Below, piece by piece: positions 13,447-25,782 of a DNA stretch of 64,000 nt. The notes under the pieces are model-generated. The model did not search any database. It was not told the origin of the DNA and was given only the letters and a program-made list of their open reading frames with translations. The DNA is from the human T2T-CHM13v2.0 reference genome, Homo sapiens. A program made the position numbers and the translations under genes. The stretch lies in the NCBI RefSeq assembly GCF_009914755.1, contig NC_060927.1; one strand, given 5' to 3'. The first letter of the stretch is position 1. The number at the start of each line of letters is the position of its first letter.

Positions 13447-13772
13447 AAAAGGTACGGGGGAAAGAAAAAGAAAAGAAAGGCCCTGTAACCAGAGTGAAAA
13501 GCCAGTACCATCACTGGCTTCAATAGCATGTGTCCTGATTACCAGTTTAGAGTCTTTGTCATTGATTCATGTTATCCTCGTCTTTTAAGAAAACTATACA
13601 TCAAGCTGTTCTTCCAAGCAAGATGGTCATAAAATTGCCATTGACTTTCTACAAGAATAGAGGCTTCTTTTTTTCTCACTTTGCATAGCACTCTATACTA
13701 TAAAAAGTACTTTAATATCATCTCATTGGTTGCCATAAAAATTCTGAGAGTTAAGGAAGACAGAGGTTTATA

Positions 13773-14068
13773 TGTTTGTTTGTTTTTTGAGAGAAGGTCT
13801 CCCTCTGTTGCCCAAGCTGGAGTACAGTGGTGCAATCACAGCTTACCGCAGCCTCAATCTCCCAGGCTCAAGTGATCCTCCAACCTCAGCCTCTTGAGTA
13901 GCTGGAACAACAGGTGTGCGCCATTATATCCTGCTAATTTTTTAATTTTTTGTAGAGACCGAGTCTCATTCTATTGCCCAGGCTGGTCTCAAACTCCTGG
14001 CCTCAAGTGATCCTTCTGCCTTGGCCTCCAAAGTGCTCGGATTAGAGGCGTGAGCCATTGTGCTTGGC
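13773..14068 (-). mobile_element. Alu (AluJ-like)
   Basis: TGTTGCCCAAGCTGGAGTACAGTGG...GGCTCAAGTGATCCTCC...GGCGTGAGCCA. Confidence 0.93.
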
Positions 14069-15382
14069 TGAGTCCTCTGAGACAGTGAAACTATCTGAGG
14101 CTCTAGAGGCGATGCCGTTCAAAGTCATGCCACTTGTTGGTGGTGTGGACTGATGTGAATATCCAGGCAACACTGTTTCCCAGCTCTCCCCTCCACCCTG
14201 TCTCTCTATTACTATGCCATGTACTGAGGCCTTTGATTTCTGTGTTCTGATGCTCTTTGTCTTTACAGACATCTGGAGGTAATTGTGTAGCCCTCTTAAT
14301 TAATTCAGTTCAATTAATAAATTAGTAGGTGGCTTTTGGGCTGGGGGCGCTTACAGGGTGCCTTCCGGGCGTCCCTGTGCTGGAGAGCTCTTGCAATCAG
14401 GCTTGGAGAGCCCTCCTCGGCAGCAGCCTCTGAGTCTCATCCCCAGCAGGCAGGCTGACTGGAGAGGTGATTGGCTTACCCTGACAGAGGAGACATTTCC
14501 TCTCTTCAAATATTATATGCAATCTGATCAGAGCAGCATCTGGGCTGGGCTGATTGTTCCCCTCCTAGTTTAAGCAAGCTTTTCATGAAGGTCCAACATG
14601 GTATCAGCTCAACATACAAGTTGATGGGCATTTCTTTGTTGTGCGGGGCTGACCTTTGCATTACATGTGTTGAATATTCTATCCTCTGGTCCTAAATTCT
14701 AATAATTGTCCCAGATGTTGGGGCAACCAATATGCCCCTCTTCCCCTTTTCCACATACCCCTTGGTGGGGACCAGAGCTGCTCCTGCAGATGGATCATTT
14801 AAAAGTGTCCTGCCAGGTATCTGTTAAAACCCTGTTTCCAAAATAAACTTTCAGTGGTTCCTTAATGCCTGAAGAATAAATTTAAACTCAACTGTGGCTG
14901 CTGAGCTGTCTGTGCTTTGGTTTCAACCCACCTTTTAGTTCTTTTGCTTGCTACTTTCTGTTATTCGCCCTCCAAGCACACTAAACGTAAATGCTGTGTA
15001 CTTTTCTGCCTGTATAATTTTGCCAACATTTTTCAGGTTCAACCCTACTTAGCACTCAAACCCAGTCTGTATATCACCTCATCAATAAAATCTTGTTAAT
15101 TCTGCCCCCACCAAGAAGTGAGCCTATCTTTTCCTGCATCTCAGCAACACTTGTTCTTAACCTCACTTAGGTAACTTAGCACTTCATTTAGGCATAACCA
15201 TTTAATTGGTGAGATAATTAATTTAATAGATTATTAATAAAATTCAAGCTCTTTTCCATCCTCCTACCATAAAATCTCCTTCAAGTTAGGAACCATTTCT
15301 TATTCATATCTATTTCCCAAGAGTGGCTAGGCACTAAAATAGGTAACTATTGGAAGGGAGATATTCAAGTTTGAGGCAGTGT

Positions 15383-15518
15383 TCTCTTCCTGCTCCTCCT
15401 CTTTCTCTTTCTTTCTTTTTCCTTTTCCTCTTCTTCCTCCTTTTCCTCCTCCTCTTTCTATTCATGATTCCTCTGCCTCTTCATTTTTCTTTCTTCCATT
15501 TTCTTTCACCCTTCTTTC
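15383..15518 (+). repeat. CT-rich polypyrimidine low-complexity tract
   Basis: About 135 nt of mostly C/T upstream of the coding exon. Confidence 0.85.
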
Positions 15519-15614
15519 CAGAGAACTTTATCAGGATGCATTTAGTATGGATGAAGGTGAAATAGCAATGAAATGAGGAGTATTGTCTTCGTTTTCATGC
15601 TTCCATAAAAACAG

Positions 15615-15642
15615 TGTTTCTTTTTCATTGCAGATTCCAACA
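15615..15642 (+). promoter_or_regulatory. LPP: 3' splice acceptor and 9 nt of 5'UTR of the LPP ATG exon (exon starts 15634)
   Basis: TGTTTCTTTTTCATTGCAG|ATTCCAACA-ATG: polypyrimidine tract with AG at 15632-15633. Confidence 0.9.
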
Positions 15643-15835
15643 ATGTCTCACCCATCTTGGCTGCCACCCAAAAGCACTGGTGAGCCCCTCGGCCATGTGC
15701 CTGCACGGATGGAGACCACCCATTCCTTTGGGAACCCCAGCATTTCAGTGTCTACACAACAGCCACCCAAAAAGTTTGCCCCGGTAGTTGCTCCAAAACC
15801 TAAGTACAACCCATACAAACAACCTGGAGGTGAGG
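15643..15835 (+). CDS. LPP: LPP first coding exon, codons 1-64 plus 1 nt (proline-rich N-terminus of lipoma-preferred partner)
   Basis: ATG at 15643 in context CCAACAATGT (A at -3). Translation MSHPSWLPPKSTGEPLGHVPARMETTHSFGNPSISVSTQQPPKKFAPVVAPKPKYNPYKQPGGE includes the zyxin/LPP motif KKFAPVVAPKPK. Ends at donor GAGG|GTAAGT (193 coding nt, phase 1). Confidence 0.96.
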
Positions 15836-15841
15836 GTAAGT
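15833..15841 (+). promoter_or_regulatory. LPP: 5' splice donor of the LPP ATG exon
   Basis: AGG|GTAAGT with GT at 15836-15837; the intronic hexamer matches the consensus. Confidence 0.92.
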
Positions 15842-17288
15842 GCTGGGATTTCAGAGTTGGTTACTTGGAGTAGGAAAATTCAGTTATATAGGTGATTTGT
15901 AGTACAAAGTTGTGTCAGAAAAACGTAGTTTGTGAATTCACAGCGTGGGTGTCATAGGCTACTAAAAGTAAAGGAGCCCCCGGAAATAGTCTAGACCAAC
16001 CCCGTCTTTTAGGAAAAAGACTTTTTATGGGTTATATGGCTATGGTTACATAATGAAATAGGGTTAGAGCTCAAACTAGAAACCTGGCCTCTTTAGTCAC
16101 AGCTCAATGCCTTTCTACTGCGTTATCTTCCACCTCCAGCTCATTCTCTTGTAGGGTTTTAGCTACCAGACAGTCATCCCTCCCTCTTGCCGTTGGACAA
16201 ATGTCCACAAATGCTGCCAAGCAGTAGTCCAATCAGAAACTTATACAAAGTGAACCTAATAAAGTGCATGGAATTGTTTACCTCCTCTGGCTGTTTTTCT
16301 TCCCTTAGGCTGCTGAAGGATAAGTTGTCTAGAGTGTTCTGTGAGATCTGCATTTGTTGAATCTCCCAGACAAATATGAGTGAAGCCTAGTTCCAGGGGT
16401 TTTAATAACAATGCATTCAGTTTACATCAAGTAGAGTTTGAAGGTCTACGTGAGCTCCAGCTCTCATGTGTATGTATACACTCACACACGAAGCCTCAGA
16501 GGCAGTATAAATGGTACCATACTCTTTGGTTGAAAAGGTTCCATATTTTTACCAGTGAATGTTAGCAGCTTATTCAAACTCAAGAAAAAATAACTTAAAA
16601 TAAAAAAAAAAAAAACTGAAGAATATTAGACTTCTAGGAGCTGAGAGAGAAGAGGCAGTGAAAGGAGATTTAACTCCCTTTGTTTTCTGTCCCTGTCCCA
16701 CCATTAAAAAAATTATTAATATCTTACCTCTTCATGATGTTTCCAGTTGCTTCTTGGATGACATTAATGTTTGTTTTGTCAATATTGCACGCAAGTGTTT
16801 CACACTCTGTGATATAGTCCAGTCCTCCTCTTTTCTTTCCTGTCCTCTCCTGCGCCCAGGAAACACTTTACTAGTCTGTTAGTATTTTGGGTCTGATGCC
16901 AGAAGCCTAGTTCAGATGTCTAGCTTGTGTAAGGTGAACACCTAGGTTGGGTGGTAGAGAGGATCAGGCTTCAGCATGCATGGCTAAGCTGCAGCTGTGG
17001 ATCTTTGGATATCCTTTTCCTCAGAAAGTACAAGAACGAGACCCTCAGAAAGCTGCTCTTGAAAAACAATAAATGAAGCCTTTGGTGCTGTACTAATCTC
17101 TGTAGCACTCCATGATGTTTTATTGCCTTAGAAAGAGACTGCATCTTTGCAGTTAATCAAGCACTTAGTGGAACTGGCTTTCTTTGACTCATCCTTCTTT
17201 AGTGACTTCAGGGCTTGGGAATGGGATCTGGAAGAGAATCTCTCTTCATAGGGACAGGAGGAGCCATATGTTGGCTTCCTCATTTATG

Positions 17289-17609
<321 letters not shown>

Positions 17610-18747
17610 CTCATTTATGTTTTCAATGTTTCCCTTTGTCAGCTTACTAGGGGCATTGTTATTTTGTCTCCTAACTTTTGGGGAAAGCTTCAGTGGACCT
17701 CTCTCTAATCTGAACAGAATACAGACATGGCCAGTTATAGAGCAGAAGGCAAAGGTGTGAGGAAGTCTTTGTAGGTATGAGAGTTCTTATAGGCCTGAGC
17801 GTTATGGTGAGGGCAGGTCCTATATTAAGTGGGCTCATAAATGGCATATATGAGATAGGTAGAAGAGAAGCATATAATGGCCTCGCTTTAGACTCCTTTA
17901 CTGTGAATTTGACATGCCCTCCTTGTACTATGTGTGGTTCACCCACTGTCTTACTCTCTAGGAACACTGAAGTGATTTGTTTGCGTGCCCTGCAGCACAG
18001 TCCTTGGTCCCCTCTCAACATGCCACCCCACACGTTTTTGTTACCTGAAAATTCTATTTGTATCACTTTCTCCAAAATGGCTAGGTGCAGCCTAGGTCAG
18101 AATTAATCGCTCCCTTTCCCGAGTTTCCACATCTTATTCTTTGACTTATCCAAATTTCTACCACTTTTGTTATTGCTCCTGCTTACATTCTGTCCCATAT
18201 TGAACATGTAGTATATGCCAGGCTCTATGCTTTCTCTTTATTATTTTATTGCCTTCTTATGTAACCCTACAAAATGTTTTTTTTTTTTTCTTATAAAGAA
18301 ATGGAAGCTTAAAGGAGGTGACATTCTCTATGATTTGCTTGGAGTATGTTTCTGAACTAAGGCTGCTGTCCATATCCAGCATGCGGTACTGCCTGTCCTT
18401 CTATTCACAGCACATGTGGCAGCAAACCCCATATTACAGTGATACATCCCTGCATCCCTTATAAGAATATATATAAGCTTTGCTTCCTCATTGAAGCAAC
18501 AAGACATGGTTTCTCACTCGTCCTTATGTTCCTCATAGCTCATATTATGCTACTGTGTTTTTAGTAGGAATGGTTGCATATGGTCAAATGTATGTCTGTG
18601 TGTTCTTATGTATGCATATATATTTGGATGGCTGGCGGATGGCTGGCTGGGTGAGTGCACTGCTCAGTGATGCTTCTCCAAAGCAGTTTGGAATATGGTA
18701 TAACTCAGTCTTTTGTTTTCTGAAATTTTGGCTCTCTCTTGCATTTC

Positions 18748-18891
18748 TGCCAATTCTCACTCTTTTTCTCTCTCCCCCTCTCTCTAAATATAATAACCTT
18801 TACCTTTTCTGAATATGCAAGAGAAGAAATTTTCCTTTAATATATAAGTTAAAGACAAATCTTGGGAACAGTTTATGGACATTCAGACTTT
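18748..18891 (+). repeat. Dispersed direct repeat, copy 1 (pairs with 21711-21856)
   Basis: Hand alignment gives about 13 substitutions and one 2-nt indel over ~145 bp. Confidence 0.9.
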
Positions 18892-19569
18892 TTAAAATAG
18901 AAGCTACATTTCTGCATCTGCTGTATGAAACAAAGATGTATCCATGTATTTGTTGGAAGTAGATTTGCTTTTCTTTATATTTAATTTAAATGTTATCAGT
19001 GCATTCTGTTACTCTGAACATTTTTGTAACTTACATCTATTGTGTTTGTTTACACATTTAAACAATTTATAACCATTCCTTTTCGTTTCTTTTTTTCATT
19101 TAGAATGTTCTATACTCTCAGTGAAATTCCCAAGATAGTAGGTAGCACAGGTTTTATTTCCAGGATGCATTGGTGATACCAGCTTATGCTCTGTATTGCC
19201 TCAGCTCATGCTGTTTTTGGCTTTTAGAGTGTACTTGTCCCCCAGTTTCCTGCTTCTACAGTCTTTTAATTCATTGCTTAAAAGTTGACCTCCACGAAGC
19301 TCAACCACAAATGCAGAAAGTTAGAACTAATAGAAATCACGCAATCCATCTTGTTCTGACGTAAATGTGAAAACTGCAGTCTAGAGAGTGTAAGTTATTT
19401 GTTCAGAGAAGCACAGCCTGCTCTGAGCCGAGTTGGCACTCAAGTCTTTTCCCTCTAACTCTAGAGTTACCCAAACCTTGTACTATATTCTAATGGCAAA
19501 CTGTTCTTTACTACCCCATACCCTCATGCATTGCCTACAATTCTTATGACAATGTGTTTTTTAATAGAT

Positions 19570-19715
19570 TTGCTTGTATATGCACCTGTCTTCTCTAGCG
19601 GAGTCTGAACTTTGAGAGTCAGGGGCTGCCTGACTCATGCCTTTTCCCTCAACAGCACCTAGCAGGATACCTGACACATACTAGGAACTCAATAGTGTTT
19701 GCAGAACTGAATTAA
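19570..19715 (+). mobile_element. L2 3' end
   Basis: CAGCACCTAGCAGGATACCTGACACATACTAGGAACTCAATA. Confidence 0.65.
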
Positions 19716-20272
19716 TTGATAAAGCACAGTAATATAAACCTACTTCTCCAGACACAGGTTCTAGGTTCTCAGCTACTTATTAGACACTGTGGTTCTGCAG
19801 TTTCAACCCACGTCTTTGCATTACTTTTCCTTCCTATGCCCATTCTTTGAACTTACATTTCTCACCTTGGTGTTACGTCTGTAATCTCTGGAGTTTGCTT
19901 TCCCATGTTTTAATTCTGACTGTGAAAGTAGAAAAATACCCACATGTTTTCCACATCAACTTATCTTTCTGGGGTACCCATATTTATAATTTCTTTTATA
20001 AGATATTCTGATAATAACCATTTTCTAAAGGGCTTTGGCACACTGAAAAGTGGGGCATGCTTTTTTTCCCAGTTAGTAGCTCTTTAGATCTCAGGGTCCT
20101 TTTATTTTACTTCCATTGTTCTCATTTCTTTTCACTGATTTTGTAACAAGTTGTGTTTTCATAGCTAACTTAGAATACCCCTACATTTCCAAATGCTTTC
20201 TCTGTGTTCAATGCTTTGTGCTTACGAACTCATACTTATTTTTTAATTAAATTTAGTCTTCTTAGAGATTTT

Positions 20273-21003
20273 TTTTAGTTCAATAGCTTTTGGGGAACAG
20301 GTGGTTTTTGCTTACATGGAGAAGTTCTGTAGTGGTGATTTCTGAGATTTCGGTGTGCCCATTGCCCGAGCAGTGTACACTGTAGTCTTTTATCCCTCAC
20401 ATCCTTCCCATCCTTCACCCTGAGTCCCCAAAGTCCATTATATCATTCTTATGCCTTTGCATCCTCATAGCTTAGCTCCCACTTATAAGTGAGAACATAC
20501 AATATTTGATTTTCCATTCCTGAGTTATGTTTAGAATAATGGTCTCCAACTCTATCCAAGTTGCTGCAAATGCCATTATTTCATTCCTTTTTATGGCTGA
20601 GTAGTATCCCATAGTGTATATATACCACAATTTTTTATCCATTTGTTGGCTGATGGGTATTTAGAAGATATACAGACAATAATCATATGAAAAAATGCTC
20701 AACTCACTGTCCAGGAAATGCAAATTAAAACCACATTGAGATACCACCTTACTCCTGCAAGAATAGTCATAATTAAAAAAATAATAAATGTTGGCATAGA
20801 TATGGTGAAAAGGGGACACTTTTACACTGTTGGTGGGAATGTAAACTAGTACAACTGCTATGAAAAACAATATGGAGATTCACTAAAGAACGAAAGTAGA
20901 CATACCATTTGATACAGCAATCCCACTACTGGGTATCTACCCAAAGGAAAAGAAATCATTACATGAAAAAGACACCTGTGCACACATGTTTATAGCAGCA
21001 CAA
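20273..21003 (-). mobile_element. 5'-truncated, 5'-inverted L1PB-like element (twin priming)
   Basis: L1 3' end on the - strand (20273-20664) joined to upstream ORF2 sequence on the + strand (20665-21006). TSD TTCTTA(G/A)AGATTTT at 20259-20272 and 21004-21017. Confidence 0.88.
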
Positions 21004-21421
21004 TTCTTAAAGATTTTATAGTGTTAACTATTTCATTTTTTGTGAAATTATTTTGGTATATATTTATGATGTTGTTCCATCACTTTCTATTCTGTGTAAC
21101 TGATGACAACAAGATAAGATAATGCAATTTTTCTTCTGGTCTTCAAAATACTAGCCTTTAGTGTTGTTTGTCCTATAATCTGGGTTTTCACTCTGCTCCA
21201 AATCAAAAAATAAAAAGATACAACAAACAACAACCACCCCACCCCCAAAAATAAAACAACAACAGCAATTAAACTCAGTCTTAGACTTTGATGGCAGAAC
21301 AGTATAGTTCTTTTTCTGTTTTTGGTAAATAGCAAAGCAAATGAACTTTCCTACTGTACTAATATAATTTTTTAAAGATGGTTTTTGAAATTATCTTACT
21401 AATACACTCTGGGGATTAGTG

Positions 21422-21471
21422 TTAGGTTGCCTTTAATGGCAAAAACCACGATTACTTTTGCACCAACTTAA
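21422..21471. mobile_element. MADE1 (Hsmar1-derived MITE), internally deleted
   Basis: TTAGGTTG...TTTAATGGCAAAAACCACGATTACTTTTGCACCAACTTAA: the right TIR is intact and the left TIR has collapsed. Confidence 0.85.
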
Positions 21472-21474
21472 TAA

Positions 21475-21516
21475 CTCTCTCTCTCTCTTTCTCTGTCTCT
21501 CTCTCTCTCTCTCTCT
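21475..21516. repeat. (CT)n microsatellite
   Basis: Direct read. Confidence 0.9.
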
Positions 21517-21710
21517 AATTTGGCTGAATGAAATTTGATAATACTTTTTATCCATCATTAAAATAGATAATCATTTGGAAAGATTTGTAAAGTTCACGTT
21601 TGTGAAGCTGGAGTTGTCTTGTGGCCTAGAATTCACTTTCTTTAATTTCTGAAATTCTTTTTAAAAAACATTTTTATGTTAGATTTTTGAAAAAACAAAT
21701 TGGCATGACA

Positions 21711-21856
21711 TGCCAGTTCTCACTCTTTTTCTTTCTCCCTCTCTCTCTCTAAATATAATAACCTTTACCTTTTCTGAGTATACAAGAGGAGACATTTTCC
21801 TTTAGTATATAAATTAAAGACAAATATTGGGAACGGTTTGTGGCCATTCAGACTTT
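21711..21856 (+). repeat. Dispersed direct repeat, copy 2 (pairs with 18748-18891)
   Basis: See copy 1. Confidence 0.9.
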
Positions 21857-22824
21857 GGGTCTGCATTAGGTACCAATTCAACGTGATCATTTTGGTGGAA
21901 TCCTTTTATATTGGTATACTCTTTTATAGTTTATTTAGCAGTTGCATGTTCATTGTCTTTTCATTTCAGTAGAAAATTCTTACTGTCACTCTCTGAGGTA
22001 GGTAGAACAGATGTTATTGTCATTTTGATGATTTGTAAGTAGTAGAAGTGGAAGAGCTTAATAAGGAATCATGTAGCTAGTAAAAGAGTAGAGGGAGACC
22101 CTCACACCTAGGGCTCTTACGAATTTTAAATGCTTTCGTTTATTAAAGCGTTGGCTACACAGTCTGATGTCTCCTTTAACTTCATTATTTTATTATTTCA
22201 TGATTCTTCTTTGAAATTAATTTCAAAATGGTGACCCTTTTTACAAACCAGCTTTGTGAATATTGGTTCACATAGACTTGTCAAGATAGATCAAGATAGG
22301 TGAGGTGAATTATATTAAATAGGGATCCTAAGCCTGGATTATTTTTTTATGACATCTTTCTGTGCTTTCTGCTACTGTGAGGTTACGAATGTATTATTCC
22401 ATGGAGGGGAAACAGTTATAGATGATTGCTAATCTACCCATGAGTTTGGGGCTGAATTGATCCAGAACCCAGGTTTCCTAAATGCACTCATTCAGCTGTA
22501 CCACTGTGGTTTATGGGAACCAGGCAAGTTTGGAGCTTGGTTCCTAGGAACTGATGAGTCCTGGATTATTGATGCTTGGTGGAGAATTAGCCATTAGTGA
22601 TGTGAAGCCATGTATCCTGGGTAGGCAGGACACATTTGTTTTCTTAGCAGATAACTAACATGTGAGGGAAATGGATGTCCACTTATGGCATTATATTTAA
22701 AGGAATAATTTAGACTGGATTTTCCCCATTATTTTTGCTGCGAACGTATGGTCCTCATGGTGTGCTTTTCTGTCTCTGGAGTCTTATTGTCCTTTTCCCC
22801 ATGCAAAGAGAATCTTGCTCTGAC

Positions 22825-22884
22825 TTTGGAGATACAAATGGGAAACATCTTTTTTGGAGGTTACAAATGGGAAACATCTTTTTG
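22825..22884. repeat. ~29-bp tandem duplication
   Basis: TACAAATGGGAAACATCTTTTT starting at 22833 and 22862. Confidence 0.9.
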
Positions 22885-23763
22885 TAATCCTGACAGTCCT
22901 GTTAATTGCAATTAGAGACTGCAGTTGTAACATCTTGGACGTTTGGTATAAGTATGCGTGTTATGCCATGAGGATAGCCACAAATTCACGGAAACATCAG
23001 GAACTGTAATGAAGCTCGGGTTTGCCTGTCATGCCCCTTTTCTGGATGAGCGTAAGCATCTCGAGCCTCATCCATCACTGCACAGTGCAGTGCATGAGTT
23101 TTAATTTTCAGGTCCTCAGGGGGACAAAAGAACAAGCTGTGTATTCATTAAAGGATCAAATATTAATTGTATTAATTTGATCTTTACACTGCATCTTTCA
23201 GCAGAGAAATTAACTTGTAATTCTTGGAGTGACATCAGATCTTACCAAATATTCTTAGGCCTTATTGATGCTCAAAAGTGCCAAGATGCAGCCCTGGCTT
23301 GATGGTCAGTGCAGTTACATTCAAGCTTCAGTTTCATCACTTGGCCTTGGGCATGATGCTTTTCTAATCCATATCCTCTTTAATTCATAAAATATTAGCT
23401 GGTAATACCAACTGCCTCACAAGATTGTTTTGAAAGCCAAATATGATGATAAATGTGAAAATGTTTTTAAACCATAAAATACCTTATAACTCTAAGGAGT
23501 TACTATTATATACTTATTCAGCAGTCATTTACTTAAAACAGATTTTGTGCCAGATACTCTTCTAGGGGCTGAAGTAATGGCACTGAGTGAAACAGAGACT
23601 AGTTCCTGCCCTCTTGGGATGTATTTTCTTGCTATAATAAAAATAACATTATTAATAATAATAGTGATAACATTTGTGAAATAAAATTTATTTAATAAAT
23701 GCATTTTATAACCTTACATATAATTACCAATAACTATTCAAAATTATAAAAAATACTTTAATA

Positions 23764-23994
23764 TAGGTTAAGTAACTCTAATCCAAAAATCTGAAATCTT
23801 AAATGTGAAAAAATCTGAAACTTTCTGAGTGCTAACACAGTGCTCAAAGGAAATGCTCACAGGAACATTTTGGATTTCAGTATTGTGGATTAGGGTTGCT
23901 TAGCTGGTATGTGTAAATATTCCAAAAATCCAAAAAATCTGAAATTTGAAACACTTCATGTCCCAGATGTTTTGTATATGCGATACTTAGTCTG
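23764..23994. mobile_element. Tigger4a (MER46A) TcMar DNA transposon
   Basis: AGGTTAAGTAACTCTAATCCAAAAATCTGAAAT...GCTCAAAGGAAATGCTCA...GATACTTAGTCTG, with TA flanks. Confidence 0.85.
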
Positions 23995-24741
23995 TAGTAA
24001 TGAATATGTGATAATATAAGTATAATAATAATTTAGCATGTTATCCATAAGTACTCATGTCATTAGCTTCTAACAACAGTGATAGAGATCACAATGCCTC
24101 AACACTATATAAACTGTAAAATTCTAGAACCAGGGTGAATCTTAAAAGTTATCTAATACAACCCCTTTCTTTCCTAGATGAGAATAGTTGAGAATGTATT
24201 CACTAATACATTTCAGCGAAGTACAGGTTCTTTGCCCAGGAGTGCTGTAAATAACCAATGAAAATTCTTGAATGCAGGCAACAATTTAATCTTCATTTCA
24301 GAGACTCAGAGAGGCAGGTGGCTTGTTCAGTATTGCAGATTAGTAAGTGGGGAAGCCAAGCCATGATCCTGGGGATTCCTTCTCTGGTTGCCATAGACAC
24401 GTTTTGGGGGACTTGTTTAGAAGTTACAGTGATTGAACTAATATACCCGAACAAAGTGGATTGGATGTTTTAGAACAAGGAGAAGTCCCTGTATTGTTGA
24501 CAGAAATCTCTTTTATTTTGTAACTTGTCAGCTTAATTAACTACTGAAATGAGTTCCTTAATAAGGTGATGGGTGCCTCCTAATTCTTGTATGGTTCAAA
24601 AACAATAATTAATGCTGATTTGTGTGGTGAGATACATATTAATCATCTTTATTTTTGAATTATACAAATATACAATACTATTGTCCCTCCGTATTTTACA
24701 TCTGAAGAGAATTTAATTGCTTTTTTGATAATAAAAATAAA

Positions 24742-25630
24742 CAGAGAGCCACAAAGAGATATCACCACACATGTATTAGAAAAGCTAAAATAAAAATTTG
24801 TACCAGATGCTGCTAAGGATGTGGAGAAATGATCTCTCACAATGCTGGTAGGCATGTGCAAAATTTTGTAGCCACGATGGAAAACTCTTTGGCGGTATTT
24901 TACAAAAGTAAACATGTACTAACCATATGACTCAGCAAATATACCCTTTGGCATTTAATCCAGAGAATCAAAATGTTATGTTCACGAAAAAACCTGTACA
25001 TGGATGTTCATAGCAACTTTTTTTTTTTTATCATAATGACAAAACACTGGAAACAACCCAAATATTCTTTGATGGGCAGATGTTTCAGTGAAGTCTGGTA
25101 CAGCCATACAATGGAATAATACCATTCAGCAGTAAAAAAGAATGAAGTATTGTTGGTATATGCAATAACCTGGACATGCTTAATGAAAAAACTGTCTCGA
25201 AAGGTTACATGTATTATATGATTTCATTTTAAGACAAAGCTCTAGAGATAAAGGACATATTCATGATTGCTAGGGGACAGAAATGGGTGGGTCGGGCGGG
25301 GCAAGTACTGGTCATTCCTACAAAGAGGACGCAGCAAGAGTCTTTGTATGGGTGGAACAGATCTGTACCTCAATTGGAGTGATGATTACATGAATCTATA
25401 CATGGGATAAAGTTACATAGAACTGTATGCACACACAAATCAATGCAGGTTATAAAATGGTAAAAACTGAGTAACTCCTAGTTAACAATAAGGTAACAAT
25501 GTCAGTTTGCTGGGTTTTCGAATGTATTACAGCTTTATGAGCATTACCATTTAGGGAACCTGGGTAAAATGTACATGGAAACTCTGTACTATTTTTGCAA
25601 CTTTCTATGAGTCCATATTTAAAAAAAAAA
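24742..25630 (+). mobile_element. Old L1M (L1MC/MD-like) 3' end with A tail
   Basis: AAGGATGTGGAGAAA...CCATATGACTCAGCAA...CTCTGTACTATTTTTGCAACTTTC...A10. Confidence 0.8.
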
Positions 25631-25782
25631 TTAATAATAGTAAAATAAAGGAATGCATATAGATATCTTAATGTATTCTTCTCTTACTCAAAGTGCTATC
25701 TTACATGCCATCTGAATTGCTTGCATGATACTTTGAAAGATCACTGCTATATGTATCCCTGCCAAAATGTATGGCTTAAACC

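Noticed and set aside
15695-15787. Out-of-frame ATG (GCCATGT) opening a 30-codon ORF inside the exon
   Set aside because: It lies downstream of a main ATG with A at -3, is short, and has no evidence of translation.
15583-15873. 96-aa ORF in the track extending beyond the LPP exon on both sides
   Set aside because: The upstream 20 codons start at a non-ATG codon and cross the splice acceptor, and the tail runs past the GTAAGT donor. Only 15643-15835 is coding.
21422-21471. MADE1 as a miR-548-type hairpin source
   Set aside because: The left arm is mostly deleted, so the long hairpin cannot form.
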